NCBI GenBank assembly: GCA_017395245.1
Contig: JAFPVR010000011.1
Coordinates: forward strand, 54,659 to 118,658
Reading direction: 5' to 3'
DNA length: 64,000 nt
From: Bacteroidales bacterium
Lineage (GTDB): Bacteria > Bacteroidota > Bacteroidia > Bacteroidales > WCHB1-69
Under the pieces are notes generated by a model. The model saw only the letters and a program-made list of their open reading frames with translations. It had not been told where the DNA came from and ran no database searches. Position numbers and translations under genes: made by a program. Numbering within the stretch: position 1 is the stretch's first letter; each line of letters starts with the position of its first letter. This document shows, piece after piece, positions 21,108 through 29,950 of the stretch.

Positions 21108-21132
21108 GACTTGAGACTTGAGACTTAAGACT
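21105..21132 (+). repeat. Heptamer tandem repeat (TRAGACT)x4
   Basis: TAAGACT TGAGACT TGAGACT TAAGACT followed by TTTTT. The first unit contains the aminotransferase stop codon. Confidence 0.9.
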
Positions 21133-21140
21133 TTTTCCAT

Positions 21141-21271
21141 AAGGGCCGAAGGCCTGAAGTATGCTAACCCAGGGTGAGCGATAGCGAGCCCTGGGATATA
21201 CAAGAAGATAATACCAAAAGGGCTGCAAGCCCGAAACGTGTCAACCCAGGGTGAACGCAGTGAGCCCTGGG
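21141..21271 (+). repeat. Two tandem double-hairpin elements with about 77-bp period
   Basis: AAGGGCCGAAGGCC...AACCCAGGGTGAGCGATAGCGAGCCCTGGG and AAGGGCTGCAAGCCC...AACCCAGGGTGAACGCAGTGAGCCCTGGG. Confidence 0.85.
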
Positions 21272-21286
21272 TTAATCCAAAAAAAT

Positions 21287-24200
21287 ATGAAAAAACTCAC
21301 AACATTCATCATCTTCATCGCGATAGCCGCAGCCGGCTACGCGCAGAACATCCGCTACACCCTGCTCAGCTCCAACCAGAGCGAGGCGGTGGTGCGCGTC
21401 GAGTTCGGCACCTATCACACCGAAACCGTGACCGTCGATGGCACGGAGATGCAGACGCTGCATTCGGCGGACGCCTATCCTGTCCTCAAAAAAGGCAGCC
21501 CCGAACTGCTGCAGTCGGCCTTCTCGCTTATCGTGCCCGAAGGCAGCCAGCCCACGGCGGAGGTCATCGACGCGCAGTTCACGGAAGTGGCCAACTTCAA
21601 GCTCGCCCCGTCCAAGGGCAAGATTTACCGCAATGTCAACCCAGCGAGCATCCCTTACACCAAAAACACCGACTACCAGTCGAGTGGTTTCCTATTAGGC
21701 AGTGCGGCGGCCATGGGGGATATGTATCAACTGCGTGATTACCATGGCATTAACGTGAAAGTGTTCCCGTTCGACTACGACCCGTCGGCGCAGACGCTGA
21801 AGGTCTATTCCGCCATCACCGTAAAGGTTCGCTTCCACGGCAATCGGTCGATAGCCACGGCGGAAAAGAACAACCGCACGTTCGATGCCGTTTACAGAGA
21901 GCAGTTCCTGAACTACAACGGTTTGCGCAGCACTCCGGTTACCGAGGAGGGCGGCATCCTCATTATCGCCCCCGAGAACTTCATCCCGGCCATGCAACCT
22001 TATGCCGACTGGAAAATCCGCAACGGTTTCCCCACGGAAATCGTTCCTTTGGCTACTGCCGGCAGCAATGCGACTGCGATAAAGAGCTTCATCTCAACGT
22101 ATTACAACGAGCATAACTTAGCTTTCGTCATCATTGTGGGCGACAATGCGCAGTTCCCCACCCCGACGGTCAGCGGCAACAAGTCCGACAACTACTTCAC
22201 CGAGATTGCCGGCAACGACTCCTATCCGGACATCATCTTAGGTAAGATTTCCGCCGAGAATGTCTCCCAAGTGGAGACACAGGTGCAGCGATTCATTGAA
22301 TACGAGCAGAATCCGCCCGCCACGGAGCATTTTCCGGTGTTCATAGGCATTGCCTCCAACCAAGGCCCCGGCGACAACAATGAGTACGACTATCAGCATA
22401 TCCGCAATATTGACAACAAGTTGCAAGGTTATACCTACACCTCTGGTTATGAGTTCTTTGAGGGTAGCCAAGGCGGTTTGGACGCTTCCGGCAATCCGAC
22501 GGCAAACATGGTCGCCACGGCGGTCAACAGTGGGGTGGGCATCATCAGTTATTGCGGCCACGGTGATGTGCAGATGTGGGTCACCTCAAACTTTACCAAC
22601 AGCAATGTCAATTCGTTAACCAATGTCGGCAAACTGCCGTTCATCCTCTCCGTGGCCTGCGTCAACGGCGAGTATCACACGGGCACCTGTTTCGCGGAAG
22701 CCTGGCTACGCGCAACTCAAAACGGACAGCCCACAGGTGCCGTCAGCATGATCGGCTCCACTATCAACCAGCCGTGGAACTCTCCGATGTGCGCCCAGGA
22801 CAGAATGATTGACCTCCTGGTCGGAACTACTCCCGGTGAACAATATTTCACGTATGGTGGCATCGTCTTCAACGGCATGATCCACATGCTGGATGTCTAT
22901 AACGATGTGGAAGTCTTCCGCACCTGGCTCATTTTCGGCGACCCGACCCTGCTGATGCGCACGGCTGTGCCTGCACAACTTGAAGTATCCCACAATGAGG
23001 TTGTTCCCGCCGGCGTCCCGTCCGTCACCATCTCCTCAACCGTGGAAAATGCCCGAATCACTGTTACCTACGGAACGGACGTTATCGCCATCGGAAACAT
23101 TCAGAATGGGGAGTACACGTTGACCTTCAACCAAACGTTCCTGCCCATGGACACCCTTCACGTGCTGGCCACCGCCCCCAACTATTTGCCTTACGAAGGA
23201 TTCATCACCTTTATTCCCAACGAAGGTCCCTACGTGATTTTAGGCGAGTTGTCCATGACCGACGATAATGTTCCTTTCGTCAATAATCGCCATAACAACC
23301 TGCCTGAATATGGTAAAAGGTTGAAAGTGTCACCCCAAATCATCAATATCGGCAATGAAGCCGCTTCCAATGTCCGCATCAAAATCTCCACAGAAGATCC
23401 GTATATCTCATTGAATACCAACGAAATCACGGTGCCTGCATTGGCCGCTCACGATACTTTGGATTCTGACAATGCCTGGTTTATGCTCACGGTCCAGAAC
23501 GTCGTGCCTGCCAACCACAACGCCGTCATCAAAATGGAAATCATCCGCAACAATGACACGCTGGTGCAGAACAAGACGGTGAAACTTTACGCCCCAACAT
23601 TGACCATCACTTCCATGTCCATTGACGATGCAGTGATGGGCAATGGCAACCATCGGGTGGACTACGGCGAGACGTTCAATTGTATTGTCACAATCGCCAA
23701 CACCGGCAACATGCCGATTGTGGGCGGTGCTTTCTATGTGGATAATATCGGCGATGAAATCTCTTTCCAAGAAGGTTACATGCCTTTCCCGGCGATAGAT
23801 GTCAATGGAACCGCCACCGTGACCTTCGAGGCCACCGCCAACAGCTCCATCCAAGAGCCGACCATCGCTTACCTCAGATCAACCCTTTGGGTGAACTACT
23901 ACTTTGCTGAAAAGTATTTCCCCGTCAAAATCGGCGAAATCACCGAGGATTGGGAGACGGGCGACTTCTACAACAGGAATTGGATAAACACTTCGTCCAT
24001 TCCGTGGACGATTGTCACAGCAAATCCCTACGAAGGCTCCTATTGCGCAAAATCCGGTGCCATCGGCAACAGCGCCCAAACCCGTCTGACCATCACCGAC
24101 ACGGCCACCGTCAACGATAGCATCTCCTTCTACTACAAGGTGTCAAGCGAGGAAAATTACGACAAACTGACTTTCAAAATTGACGGGCAGACGAAAGACG

Positions 24201-24628
24201 AATGGAGTGGCAACATCGGCTGGACCCGTGCGGTTTATCCCGTGGAAGCCGGCGTGCACACTTACCAGTGGACCTACTCGAAAGACAACTACTATTCGCA
24301 AGGCCATGACTGTGCTTACCTCGATGCCATCGAGTTTCCCTGCGGCAAGGTGAACCATCCCGTGAGTGTCAACGAATTTACCTTGAATGCCAACTCCTTG
24401 CAAGTTTGGCCGAACCCCGCCACGGACTATGTCCATGTGGTGACGGGCGACGAAGGAGAAGCATACACCTACCGTTTCTACGACCTCAACGGACGGCTCC
24501 TGCAAGGCGGCCGCTTGATGGGCAACGACACGGAAATCAATATAAGCAACTATACATCAGGCACGTACATCCTGCAAGTGGAGGATGAAAGCCATCGCAT
24601 GCAAACAGCGAAAATTGTGAAGAAATAA
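21287..24628 (+). CDS. Peptidase C25 (gingipain-like) with T9SS type-A sorting domain
   Basis: Signal peptide MKKLTTFIIFIAIAAAGYAQ. Propeptide-like N-domain. Catalytic-region motifs YCGHGD and SVACVNGEY. C-terminal LQVWPNPATDYVHV...GTYILQVEDESHRMQTAKIVKK. Confidence 0.85.
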   Translation: MKKLTTFIIFIAIAAAGYAQNIRYTLLSSNQSEAVVRVEFGTYHTETVTVDGTEMQTLHSADAYPVLKKGSPELLQSAFSLIVPEGSQPTAEVIDAQFTEVANFKLAPSKGKIYRNVNPASIPYTKNTDYQSSGFLLGSAAAMGDMYQLRDYHGINVKVFPFDYDPSAQTLKVYSAITVKVRFHGNRSIATAEKNNRTFDAVYREQFLNYNGLRSTPVTEEGGILIIAPENFIPAMQPYADWKIRNGFPTEIVPLATAGSNATAIKSFISTYYNEHNLAFVIIVGDNAQFPTPTVSGNKSDNYFTEIAGNDSYPDIILGKISAENVSQVETQVQRFIEYEQNPPATEHFPVFIGIASNQGPGDNNEYDYQHIRNIDNKLQGYTYTSGYEFFEGSQGGLDASGNPTANMVATAVNSGVGIISYCGHGDVQMWVTSNFTNSNVNSLTNVGKLPFILSVACVNGEYHTGTCFAEAWLRATQNGQPTGAVSMIGSTINQPWNSPMCAQDRMIDLLVGTTPGEQYFTYGGIVFNGMIHMLDVYNDVEVFRTWLIFGDPTLLMRTAVPAQLEVSHNEVVPAGVPSVTISSTVENARITVTYGTDVIAIGNIQNGEYTLTFNQTFLPMDTLHVLATAPNYLPYEGFITFIPNEGPYVILGELSMTDDNVPFVNNRHNNLPEYGKRLKVSPQIINIGNEAASNVRIKISTEDPYISLNTNEITVPALAAHDTLDSDNAWFMLTVQNVVPANHNAVIKMEIIRNNDTLVQNKTVKLYAPTLTITSMSIDDAVMGNGNHRVDYGETFNCIVTIANTGNMPIVGGAFYVDNIGDEISFQEGYMPFPAIDVNGTATVTFEATANSSIQEPTIAYLRSTLWVNYYFAEKYFPVKIGEITEDWETGDFYNRNWINTSSIPWTIVTANPYEGSYCAKSGAIGNSAQTRLTITDTATVNDSISFYYKVSSEENYDKLTFKIDGQTKDEWSGNIGWTRAVYPVEAGVHTYQWTYSKDNYYSQGHDCAYLDAIEFPCGKVNHPVSVNEFTLNANSLQVWPNPATDYVHVVTGDEGEAYTYRFYDLNGRLLQGGRLMGNDTEINISNYTSGTYILQVEDESHRMQTAKIVKK

Positions 24629-24649
24629 CAGCGGGGCATGCCCCGCTGT
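24628..24649. terminator. Perfect palindrome ACAGCGGGGCATGCCCCGCTGT after the C25 peptidase gene
   Basis: 22-bp GC-rich hairpin starting at the stop codon. No strong T-run. Confidence 0.6.
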
Positions 24650-24668
24650 CTATCCAAATAGAATCGGT

Positions 24669-25442
24669 ATGCAAGAGAAGAAACCTCTAATACTCATTGT
24701 CAACGACGACGGCTACTTGGCGAAGGGCTTGGCGGCGATGGTGGAGATTGCCAAGCCGTTAGGCGAGGTGGCGGTGGTGGTGCCCGACCGGACACGCTCC
24801 GGCATGGGACACGCCATCACGATGGGAGAGCCGTTGCGCATTGAAAACTACAAGAACGAAGACGGGGTGGCCTACTACCGGACCAACGGCACGCCTGTGG
24901 ATTGCGTGAAGTTGGGCGAAAAGGTGGTGCTTCGCGACCGCGAAATCGACCTGGTGCTGTCGGGCATCAACCACGGCTCCAACTCCTCGGTCAGCCTGAT
25001 TTATTCCGGCACCATGGCCGCCGCCATCGAGGCCTCCTTCGACAGCATCCCTGCGGTAGGACTATCCCTGCTGGACTACAGTGCCGATGCCGACTTCACC
25101 GCCGCCGTCCACTTCGGACGCCCGATTGTGGAGAAGGTGCTGAAAGAGGGTCTTCCGCCGCATATCTGCTTGAATGTCAACTTCCCGAATGTTTCCATTG
25201 AGGAGATCAAAGGCGTCCGGATCACACGGCAATGTCACGCCACCTGGCACGAAGACCTGCAAGAACGCACCGATCCCTACGGAAGGAAATACTATTGGCT
25301 CACCGGCTGGTTGGAGCGGTTGGAACAGGAGGAGGACACCTGCGAGTGGGCGTTGCAGCATAACTATGTCTCTGTGCAGCCCGTGCAGTATGATCTTACT
25401 GCATATCAATATATTGAAACCCTTAAATTCTTGGAATTATGA
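24669..25442 (+). CDS. surE: 5'/3'-nucleotidase SurE
   Basis: LIVNDDGY...GINHGSN...YSGTMAAA signature. Confidence 0.95.
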   Translation: MQEKKPLILIVNDDGYLAKGLAAMVEIAKPLGEVAVVVPDRTRSGMGHAITMGEPLRIENYKNEDGVAYYRTNGTPVDCVKLGEKVVLRDREIDLVLSGINHGSNSSVSLIYSGTMAAAIEASFDSIPAVGLSLLDYSADADFTAAVHFGRPIVEKVLKEGLPPHICLNVNFPNVSIEEIKGVRITRQCHATWHEDLQERTDPYGRKYYWLTGWLERLEQEEDTCEWALQHNYVSVQPVQYDLTAYQYIETLKFLEL

Positions 25443-25750
25443 TGGACAAACTGAGAAGAGATTCCTACGGCGTGGGCATTGGTCTGGGCCTTCTGTTGCC
25501 CGCCGTGCTGTTCGGCATCCTTTACGGCATCTTCGCCATCGTGCTGCATTACAACCCGCAAATGCTGGTCAACAAGCCCAACCTGATCGAAGTAATCGTA
25601 CCCGACTTCATCCTCTTGGCGATGATCCCCAACCTGTTTCTGCTGCGTTACTACCTGCTGAAGCTGAAATTCGACAAGACGGGCCGCGGCATCATCGGTG
25701 CCACGCTGGTTTGGGCCATCGCGTTTTTGGCAGCGCAGTTTTTAATGTAA
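25439..25750 (+). CDS. Small integral membrane protein, unknown function
   Basis: 103 aa with three hydrophobic segments. ATGATG overlap with the surE stop suggests coupling. Confidence 0.55.
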   Translation: MMDKLRRDSYGVGIGLGLLLPAVLFGILYGIFAIVLHYNPQMLVNKPNLIEVIVPDFILLAMIPNLFLLRYYLLKLKFDKTGRGIIGATLVWAIAFLAAQFLM

Positions 25751-26386
25751 TTGCTGGTGCTGGCGGCGCGGAGGTTCAGGCGAAAAGTTTACCTTCGCCA
25801 CGCCGGTGGTGTCCACATATTCGCCCGTGTCAAGGAACCTTGCCAATGACAGCGCAATCTGCGAGAACGGACTCTCAACAGCCTCCAACTGGCGTCCCAT
25901 ATAAACGTATTCCTCCAATATCACGTCCGGATTGGCTTGAAAAGTGTTCTTGCGATACCTCTTTGAGACCATGATGCTCAAATTGAAATCGTTAGGGTCG
26001 TGTTCCAAATACTTTCCGGCGTTTGCATGGTGGTTGCTGACCCGTATGGAAACCTTCATCTGGTTTTTACCTATTTCGAAAACAGCGTAACCGCTGGCAC
26101 TCTTCGGATTCATGCCCAATGCTGTCTTCAAATCGAAAATAAACCCTTTCGGTTCTTTGACCTGTTTGTAACTTTCGGCAAGACTATTTAATTTTTCTTT
26201 TGTGAGTTCTAATATTTTTTGTATTTTTGCCGCGTCATTTTCCTGTGAAGCTCTAGTGACTAAAGGTCTGCTTATCAGTTCAGGAGAATGACTTTTTTGT
26301 TTCATCCTATTTTGTGTTTTTGGTTTATCAGATCGAGATTCATCTTTAGATGCATTATCTACAAGTTTAGTTTCGTCTTTCTTCAT
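25742..26386 (-). CDS. Hypothetical protein (Lys/Ser-rich N-terminus, no motif recognised)
   Basis: 214-aa ORF. The 5' two-thirds are AT-rich. CAAAATTA (TAATTTTG on the minus strand) box 27 nt upstream. The 3' end overlaps the convergent gene by 9 nt. Confidence 0.5.
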   Translation of the reverse strand: MKKDETKLVDNASKDESRSDKPKTQNRMKQKSHSPELISRPLVTRASQENDAAKIQKILELTKEKLNSLAESYKQVKEPKGFIFDLKTALGMNPKSASGYAVFEIGKNQMKVSIRVSNHHANAGKYLEHDPNDFNLSIMVSKRYRKNTFQANPDVILEEYVYMGRQLEAVESPFSQIALSLARFLDTGEYVDTTGVAKVNFSPEPPRRQHQQLH

Positions 26387-26412
26387 TTCTTAATTTTAAA
26401 TATTCTTGCCTG

Positions 26413-26420
26413 CAAAATTA
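26413..26420 (-). promoter_or_regulatory. -7 box TAATTTTG on minus strand (25742-26386 gene)
   Basis: Plus strand CAAAATTA, 27 nt upstream of the start. Confidence 0.5.
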
Positions 26421-26542
26421 CAAAATTAAAAGCAAACAAATCAAGCGTGCAAAACATTTAACTAACTAAAAATCAAAATGATAAAAATGACATTTTTCGA
26501 TATGAAAGATGTCGTTTTCGTGATAAAAATTGCAAATTGTAA

Positions 26543-26713
26543 AAAAAGTGCCAAACTGTACATGCCCCTGCCTCAGGTAAACCGACTGGGATTTTGGAAG
26601 ATCTTGTCGATGTGGGTGCATTTTCCGCTTACCTCGCCCCCGGCACCTACATCGCGCATGTGGAGACCAAGGCGGGAATCAACGATGTGAAGTTTGTAGT
26701 GGGGAGGAATTAA
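26543..26713 (+). pseudogene. Orphan relic of a T9SS C-terminal sorting domain
   Basis: The frame reads ...SGKPTGILEDLVDVGAFSAYLAPGTYIAHVETKAGINDVKFVVGRN* with no start codon or upstream body. It is a GC-rich patch abutting AT-rich DNA. Confidence 0.5.
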
Positions 26714-26784
26714 GAATGATGAATTCAGAATGGCGATGAGGCTGTAATACCCAGCAATTGTAAATCTTTGGAACAAAGCAATTT

Positions 26785-27441
26785 TCAAACATTTTGCCTG
26801 CTCTGATAGGCTTTCCATTTGTCTGGAATTGTCAAATCAAAATCAGCCGATTCAAGATGCACAACATCCGGCAAGATGCACTGGCGGAATCGTGATTCAT
26901 AACGTTCGAGATTGATTACTCGCGATGTGCTGATGCTACTCAAACTGTTGGAACGGTGAAAAGGCGGGAAATAGACGAACACTTTCGTTCCCGCCGCCAT
27001 GGCTAACTCGATAGCGGGAACCATGTCGCTGTCGGCAGACACGACAATGGCCATATCGCAATTGTGATTATTGGCATCGTTGACGATTTGTGTCGCAATC
27101 CTAACATCGGACTCTTTCTCTTCGTATGTCTGAATGACGTAGCCACAATTGTAGCACTTGATGTTCTTGCGGAGATATTTGCCCAAGAATAACTGGAACT
27201 TCGGATTCTCTTTGTTGGCTTGAAAAAAGGCGTTTTGCCGCAATGCTTTATCGAGATTGTCGGGTTTGGCAGAGAAGTATTTCACACACACTAACTCTTG
27301 GTTCGGTTTCATGAACATTTCAAAAAACTTCACCACATCCAACCAGTAATAACGCCTCCACCTCAGGTTCTTTTTCAAACCATAATAGAGGTTAAACCCA
27401 TCAACATAGACGATAACTTTCTGTTTGTCCATTGTTTTCAT
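26785..27441 (-). CDS. NYN domain (LabA/PIN-like) putative ribonuclease
   Basis: VIVYVDGFNLYYG...EKESDVRIA...IVVSADSDMVPAI acidic-residue pattern of NYN/limkain-b1-type nucleases. One CYNCG half zinc-ribbon. Confidence 0.75.
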   Translation of the reverse strand: MKTMDKQKVIVYVDGFNLYYGLKKNLRWRRYYWLDVVKFFEMFMKPNQELVCVKYFSAKPDNLDKALRQNAFFQANKENPKFQLFLGKYLRKNIKCYNCGYVIQTYEEKESDVRIATQIVNDANNHNCDMAIVVSADSDMVPAIELAMAAGTKVFVYFPPFHRSNSLSSISTSRVINLERYESRFRQCILPDVVHLESADFDLTIPDKWKAYQSRQNV

Positions 27442-27516
27442 TGTTTTTCAAAAAATAAGCCCACTTATTGGGAGTGGGCGAGCCTTAGTATATTCCACCT
27501 AAGGGGGATTCGGCGG

Positions 27517-27524
27517 CAAAGATA
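27517..27524 (-). promoter_or_regulatory. -7 box TATCTTTG on minus strand (NYN gene)
   Basis: Plus strand CAAAGATA, 76 nt upstream of the start. Confidence 0.5.
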
Positions 27525-27665
27525 CAAAATATTTTATCACCTCGTTACTTTTAGAAAAAAATATTTTAGAAAATAACGGCGATGCGAGATCTACCTCTAT
27601 CCTTACCCCACGGACGGGCAGACCTCCGTGTGCGGCTATATGCAAGGATTCTTTACACGCCCCAT

Positions 27666-28397
27666 CTATCTCCTTGGCGACGGGAAAGGACTTTCCTTGA
27701 CGCGGCCGTAGGTCTTGGCGGCTTCGTTCAACACCTCTTCGGTGGTGAACTGCTGGTAGAGTGTGCAGCGCGTGACGATGCTCTGCGGCGAGCAGTTTTC
27801 GCCTCTCACCAGCACCAACGCCCAGCCCTTGTTGTCGTCAGCAAATTCCTCTCCTACCAAGGCCAACCCCTCGCCAGTCTCAATCAGTTCTTCCCTCGTC
27901 ACGCTCCGCACGTCGAACTCCACTTTCGGGTAGGTCCCGTTGATTTGTTCAGCCGTGAAGAGCCTCAGCTCCATGCCGTAGCTTTTGGTGTAAGGCCTAA
28001 TGTCCGTAATCAAGGCCGCCTTGCCGCCCACTTCACCCAGATGCTGTTTTACCTCTGGCAACGTGCCGTCGCTCACCGGGATGCCGGGCATTAGGAAAGA
28101 CGGGCTATGCATTGCGTCATACTTGTTCACAAAAACGGCAGGCAAGTGATTGGCCAGCGACACGAAACCGTTGTAGGCCGATTTGGCTTCCGTAAACATC
28201 GGATAGCAATACTCCAGCTCCCGCCACAAGGCGATTGCATGCCGCATCCGCTGCCGCTGTATGAACTGCTTTATCGTAAAGCCATTCGATTTGCTCCTAG
28301 TCGACGAGCGTATAATGGTCTTGCCCTGTTTCTGATAGATGGTGATTCCGTCTGAGCGGAGACTCCCGGTGAAAGTGATTCCTTTTTCTTTTTTCAT
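27666..28397 (-). CDS. Hypothetical protein
   Basis: 243-aa ORF with normal amino-acid complexity. The opposite-strand ORF 27582-28094 is Arg/His-rich shadow. No motif recognised. Confidence 0.6.
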   Translation of the reverse strand: MKKEKGITFTGSLRSDGITIYQKQGKTIIRSSTRSKSNGFTIKQFIQRQRMRHAIALWRELEYCYPMFTEAKSAYNGFVSLANHLPAVFVNKYDAMHSPSFLMPGIPVSDGTLPEVKQHLGEVGGKAALITDIRPYTKSYGMELRLFTAEQINGTYPKVEFDVRSVTREELIETGEGLALVGEEFADDNKGWALVLVRGENCSPQSIVTRCTLYQQFTTEEVLNEAAKTYGRVKESPFPSPRR

Positions 28398-28510
28398 AAC
28401 ACGTTCTGTTTAATGTTGATATAATATTCTTCCTTCGCTACTCCTACGTCATCGCGTCGTATCAGGCAGGTAGATGCGCCTGCACAGACTCGTCGATGAG
28501 CCATCAGATA

Positions 28511-28565
28511 TTCAATTGATACTCAATTGTTTTTCGATTGATATTCGATTGATATTCGATTTTTT
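28511..28565. repeat. Five direct 11-bp repeats (TTCRATTGATA-like)
   Basis: TTCAATTGATA CTCAATTGTTT TTCGATTGATA TTCGATTGATA TTCGATTTTTT. One helical turn per unit. Confidence 0.85.
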
Positions 28566-28693
28566 TTGAATAACAATCGAAAAATAATTGGGTATCGCTC
28601 GAATATAAATCGAGCATCCATGCTCTCATTATGGGCGCAACGTGCTGACAAAGAGGACGCTACATGCTTTCAATGACATTCGATTTACCTCAG

Positions 28694-28701
28694 CAAAAGT
28701 A
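28694..28701 (-). promoter_or_regulatory. -7 box TACTTTTG on minus strand (long leader of 27666-28397 gene)
   Basis: Plus strand CAAAAGTA, about 300 nt upstream of the start. It is the only box I see in this spacer. Confidence 0.4.
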
Positions 28702-28759
28702 CAAAATTTCGCGTCGCCACAATGATGAATAATAAGGAAACCTCTATTAAATACCTGTT

Positions 28760-29887
28760 TTATATCCTCTGCAACCAGTGGTTCATGAACCGGTCATAAA
28801 CAATGTAGCCGTTGGGCGTCTGATAAAGCAACTCTTTGTCGTTCAAAACCTCCAAGGCGGTTTTCACACTGCTGGCGCCCGGCAAACCATGCTTCTTGAT
28901 GAATTCCTTGCCCATGGGCTGTTCCACCAACCCTTCCTTGGCCACAGCTCGGAGCAATGAGAATTGGTTTTCGGTAAGGAATGACACAAGGCTCTCATAC
29001 TGAGGCGATTTGCTCTCCACAACATTCCATATCGTTTCTCGAAGTTGCGCGGAAGATGACACGGACTTGAACTTCTCATAGAGTCTGTTCAAAACTGATT
29101 GGATATACCACGTATAGCCTTCGTATATGTCGTAAAGTTCATGAAACACTTCACGATCCAGCACACCCCTCCTTGCCTCGAAAAACCGGTTGGCAAATTG
29201 ATAGTAAGTCTCTTCGTCAAGAGGCTTAAGATTCATCATGTCAGTGCTTTGATAGAATGGCCGTTTGGGGGAAGCGAACATCTCGGACATAAGGTGCTTC
29301 CTGCTCCCCGAGAAGATGAAATGGATGTTGTGCGAGAACTGAATGTAGGATCGGAGCATCGCTTCGGTACCGGATTCGGGATATTCATTGATTTGCTGGA
29401 ACTCGTCAATAGCAATGAAAACTTCGTGCTGAATCTTGTTGAGATAGGTGAAAATGCTCCTAATGGTCATTTCCGATTGCGTCGGATCCACATTTAATGT
29501 CACATTCGGCATCCCGGTAAGGACGTCCACTCCAAGAACCGGCCTCAAAGAGCCGAGCATCTCCAACATCTTTTTGCCCAACATTTTGCTTTTGGAGAGC
29601 GTTTCGTTGAGCACCGCTGTACCCAACATTCTCACAAATTCGCTCTGACTTTTCGTGGGAAATATGTCGATATAGATGCAAATCGCATCCTTGTTTTCGG
29701 ATTTGATTTGGTGAAAAGTGTTCCAAATCAGCCCGGTTTTTCCTAATCTTCTGGGAGAAATAAGCGTAATATTGCGCCCATTATAGAGCATTGAAGTCAT
29801 ACTTTCGGTCTCTTCAATGCGGTCGCAGAAGTATTCCGGACTCTCGTAACCTTGGCATATAAAGGGATTTACAATCTTTTTCTTCAT
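28760..29887 (-). CDS. AAA ATPase (archaeal-ATPase/DUF234-type, short form)
   Basis: Walker A SPRRLGKTGL and Walker B FIAIDEFQ. Winged-helix-like C-terminus. Confidence 0.8.
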   Translation of the reverse strand: MKKKIVNPFICQGYESPEYFCDRIEETESMTSMLYNGRNITLISPRRLGKTGLIWNTFHQIKSENKDAICIYIDIFPTKSQSEFVRMLGTAVLNETLSKSKMLGKKMLEMLGSLRPVLGVDVLTGMPNVTLNVDPTQSEMTIRSIFTYLNKIQHEVFIAIDEFQQINEYPESGTEAMLRSYIQFSHNIHFIFSGSRKHLMSEMFASPKRPFYQSTDMMNLKPLDEETYYQFANRFFEARRGVLDREVFHELYDIYEGYTWYIQSVLNRLYEKFKSVSSSAQLRETIWNVVESKSPQYESLVSFLTENQFSLLRAVAKEGLVEQPMGKEFIKKHGLPGASSVKTALEVLNDKELLYQTPNGYIVYDRFMNHWLQRI

Positions 29888-29950
29888 ACCATTCAGACCA
29901 AACAGGTTCTACATTCATTACATAATTTCCGTAACGGAAAAACTGAAATG

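Noticed and set aside
25174-25974. 266-aa plus-strand ORF spanning the surE 3' end, the small membrane gene and the convergent gene.
   Set aside because: It overlaps three better-supported genes in other frames, and its translation is Pro/Arg/Ser-rich.
28394-28504. 36-codon upstream ORF (MAHRRVCAGASTCLIRRDDVGVAKEEYYINIKQNVL*) overlapping the start of 27666-28397 by ATGA.
   Set aside because: It is too short and has no supporting features such as its own promoter or conservation evidence. It is mentioned only in the 11-bp repeat finding.
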